Positions 59,776 through 64,000 of a stretch of DNA of 64,000 bases are shown here, in pieces (the first letter of the stretch is position 1; every line of letters begins with the position of its first letter). The DNA is taken from assembly GCF_009914755.1 (NCBI RefSeq), contig NC_060934.1. One strand, given 5' to 3'. A model generated the notes under the pieces. It was not told the DNA's origin. It ran no database searches and saw only the letters and a program-made list of their open reading frames with translations. A program made the translations under genes and the position numbers. Source of the stretch: the human T2T-CHM13v2.0 reference genome, Homo sapiens.

Positions 59776-61019
59776 ATCGGGGTGCCCAGAAGTTCCCAGG
59801 GCCCAGCACTGGCTCTCTGAGACTGTAGGCTCTGGGGGAGGGTGGGCTTTAGGGAAGGTGTCTGTCTAGGGTGGGGTGTGCAGGTGAAGAGCTGGGGTTG
59901 GCCTATGAGAGACCTGGGCCCCACTGGCTGCCCCTTGATGTCCTCTCTGATCTTGTCTTTTCCATCCATGAAACAGAGGTGAGCCACAGTGCCGAGCCCA
60001 CAGGGGTGGGGAAGTCACTGTGCACAGCTCCAGGCACAGAATAGGTGCTGGGTGAATGTCAGGTGGGACTCCTCCCACTCAGGGAGAGTGTGAGGCAGTG
60101 GAGGAGAGGTGTCAAGAACCCCTGAAGCATCCTCCTGGGGAAGCCACTCACAGGAAAATGATGTGGATTTGAAATCTCTTGGCTCCTTCTTTTAAAGCCT
60201 CCTAGGACCCCACATTTGATGTGCAAGCTCAATTCTGCAGCCAGACCCAGAGTGCCGTGCTCCCTCTCTCTCCTTATTAGCAAGCAACCCAGTGACTCAC
60301 TGCAACACAGTGCCCAGGATTGTAGGGACAAGTGGAGGGTGTCTGCACAGACTCCCTGGCCAAGGCACATGAGTGCTCCTCCCAGCCCTGCCCTCTGGCC
60401 CCCGTTTCAGAAGGGACCACTCGGGACAGTCAATCCAAGTGATGTGTCCAAGCAGGCCCTCCTAGGAGTTATCAGGGTGCAAATGCAGGTCATAATCACA
60501 CCAGCCACCCACCCTTTGACCGCTGCTCCCCAGACACCCCCAACACCTGAGCCCTGCCGCGAGGGGTATGGCCAGCCTGCCATCTCCAGGAGTTTCCGGA
60601 GCACCCCAGGCTGGTCCATGGTGCTGGGTCCAGCCCTCAGAAAGACCTTTCCAGCAGGCTTGGATTCCTGCCTCTTGGGTGGTCTGATAAACTGTCCCCT
60701 GGCTGGTGTTTGGGCCAACTGTACCAGCTTCCATCTGATGTTTCTGGCAGAGGAATTCTTGAGGCCTCTGCACCTCGTTAGCCCTCAGAATGGGACTCAC
60801 TAGGCTCAAGTGTGGGTCATTACTCGGATCTGTGAGCTTGTTGCTGTGACCTTGGGTCCGCTGACCAGATGGCCCAGATGCAGGGGGCCCGGGAAGCCCC
60901 AGGCCCTGCAGGAAGCCCCAGCTGGGGCTCCCTGCTCATCCCGTTAGAGGAAGGGCTATGGTAGCAATTGTTTCAGGCCTGAGGCATGAGGGGAGCCAGG
61001 GGAACTTGATTTGGGAGGT

Positions 61020-61120
61020 AGGCAGGCCAGGTGCAGGTCTTGACTTTCCAAGTAGCTGTGGCCTTGGGCAAGACCTCTACTTCTCTGAGCCTCGATTTTA
61101 TCCCCTGCTGTGTGGCCATG
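61020..61120 (-). mobile_element. MIR fragment
   Basis: tagctgtggccttgggcaagacctctacttctctgagcctcgatttt. Confidence 0.65.
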
Positions 61121-61748
61121 GATGGAAGTCCCAGGGAGGGCACAAGGACTCACTCACCACAGTGTCAGACAAGAACTGGTTCTCAGCAAAGGAGAGCTCA
61201 CATGATGGTGCCTGTGGATATCAGAGGCACAGAAAACAGGACACACACTTTTGTTAATTTAAGTTTAAAAAATAAAAATGAATAAAGATTAGCCCCTTTT
61301 TGGCTTGTCAAATCCCAGCCAGGCCACACTCTTCCTTTTGCAAACCATCCCATCCCAGTTCCTCACTGAGACATTTGCCATCCTGCAGGTGTGGATCGCC
61401 TTCCTTGTGAGCCTTTGCTGTTTCAGCACTGTGCTGGGCAGTGGATGGGCTCCCACTAGCCTTTCTGTGCCCTGGAGTCTGTCAGCCTTGGGCCTTATTA
61501 GTGATGTGACCCATGAAGGGAACTGAACTCCTCTAAGCCTCAATTTCATCTTCTGTAAAGGGGGTGTAATGAATGTCCTGGTCAAACTTGCCCCAGGCAT
61601 TCACATACTATTGTATGAACATTGCACTGCGGGCAGTGCCCGGCATGTGGCTGCCTTTTAGAGATGGGAGGAAGGAATCAAGAATATCCTGTTCTGAACT
61701 ACCTGCACTACACATAAAGTAGTATGTGAATGTGGACTTAGATTATTA

Positions 61749-63913
<2,165 letters not shown>

Positions 63914-64000
63914 AAAAATGTGTATTATAAACTCTGAGGCAATCACAAAAAATTGAAAAAAGTATTAATGATATGCTAAGAGAGGACTTAAAATAGAATC

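Overview
This is mammalian (human-like) genomic DNA, not a prokaryotic locus. The left end holds the 5' part of the chemokine gene CXCL12 (SDF-1) on the minus strand: exon 1 CDS 5802-5862, exon 2 1616-1733, with exon 3 beyond the left edge. The gene has a CpG-island promoter with GC boxes, a non-canonical TATA box, two RCGTG cores and a strong CTCF motif. The remaining ~56 kb upstream contains no recognisable functional gene and is dominated by retroelements: a full-length L1PA carrying an AluYa5, a near full-length L1PB carrying a MER9 solo LTR and an Alu, a 5'-inverted L1PA3-like element, MER21, MLT1, MER53, L2 and MIR relics, an RPL9 processed pseudogene and a truncated U2 retrocopy. Nearly all other ORFs in the track are chance ORFs or repeat fragments. 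I found no novel gene system. The most unusual signal is a cluster of local templated rearrangements between 33.9 and 45.1 kb: a head-to-tail, circle-like junction copy of an ~880 bp segment, an older ~320 bp copy from the same donor, a fold-back inversion and a perfect 54-bp tandem duplication in the RPL9 pseudogene. Repeat subfamily names and boundaries were assigned by eye from remembered consensus sequences and need RepeatMasker/Dfam confirmation.
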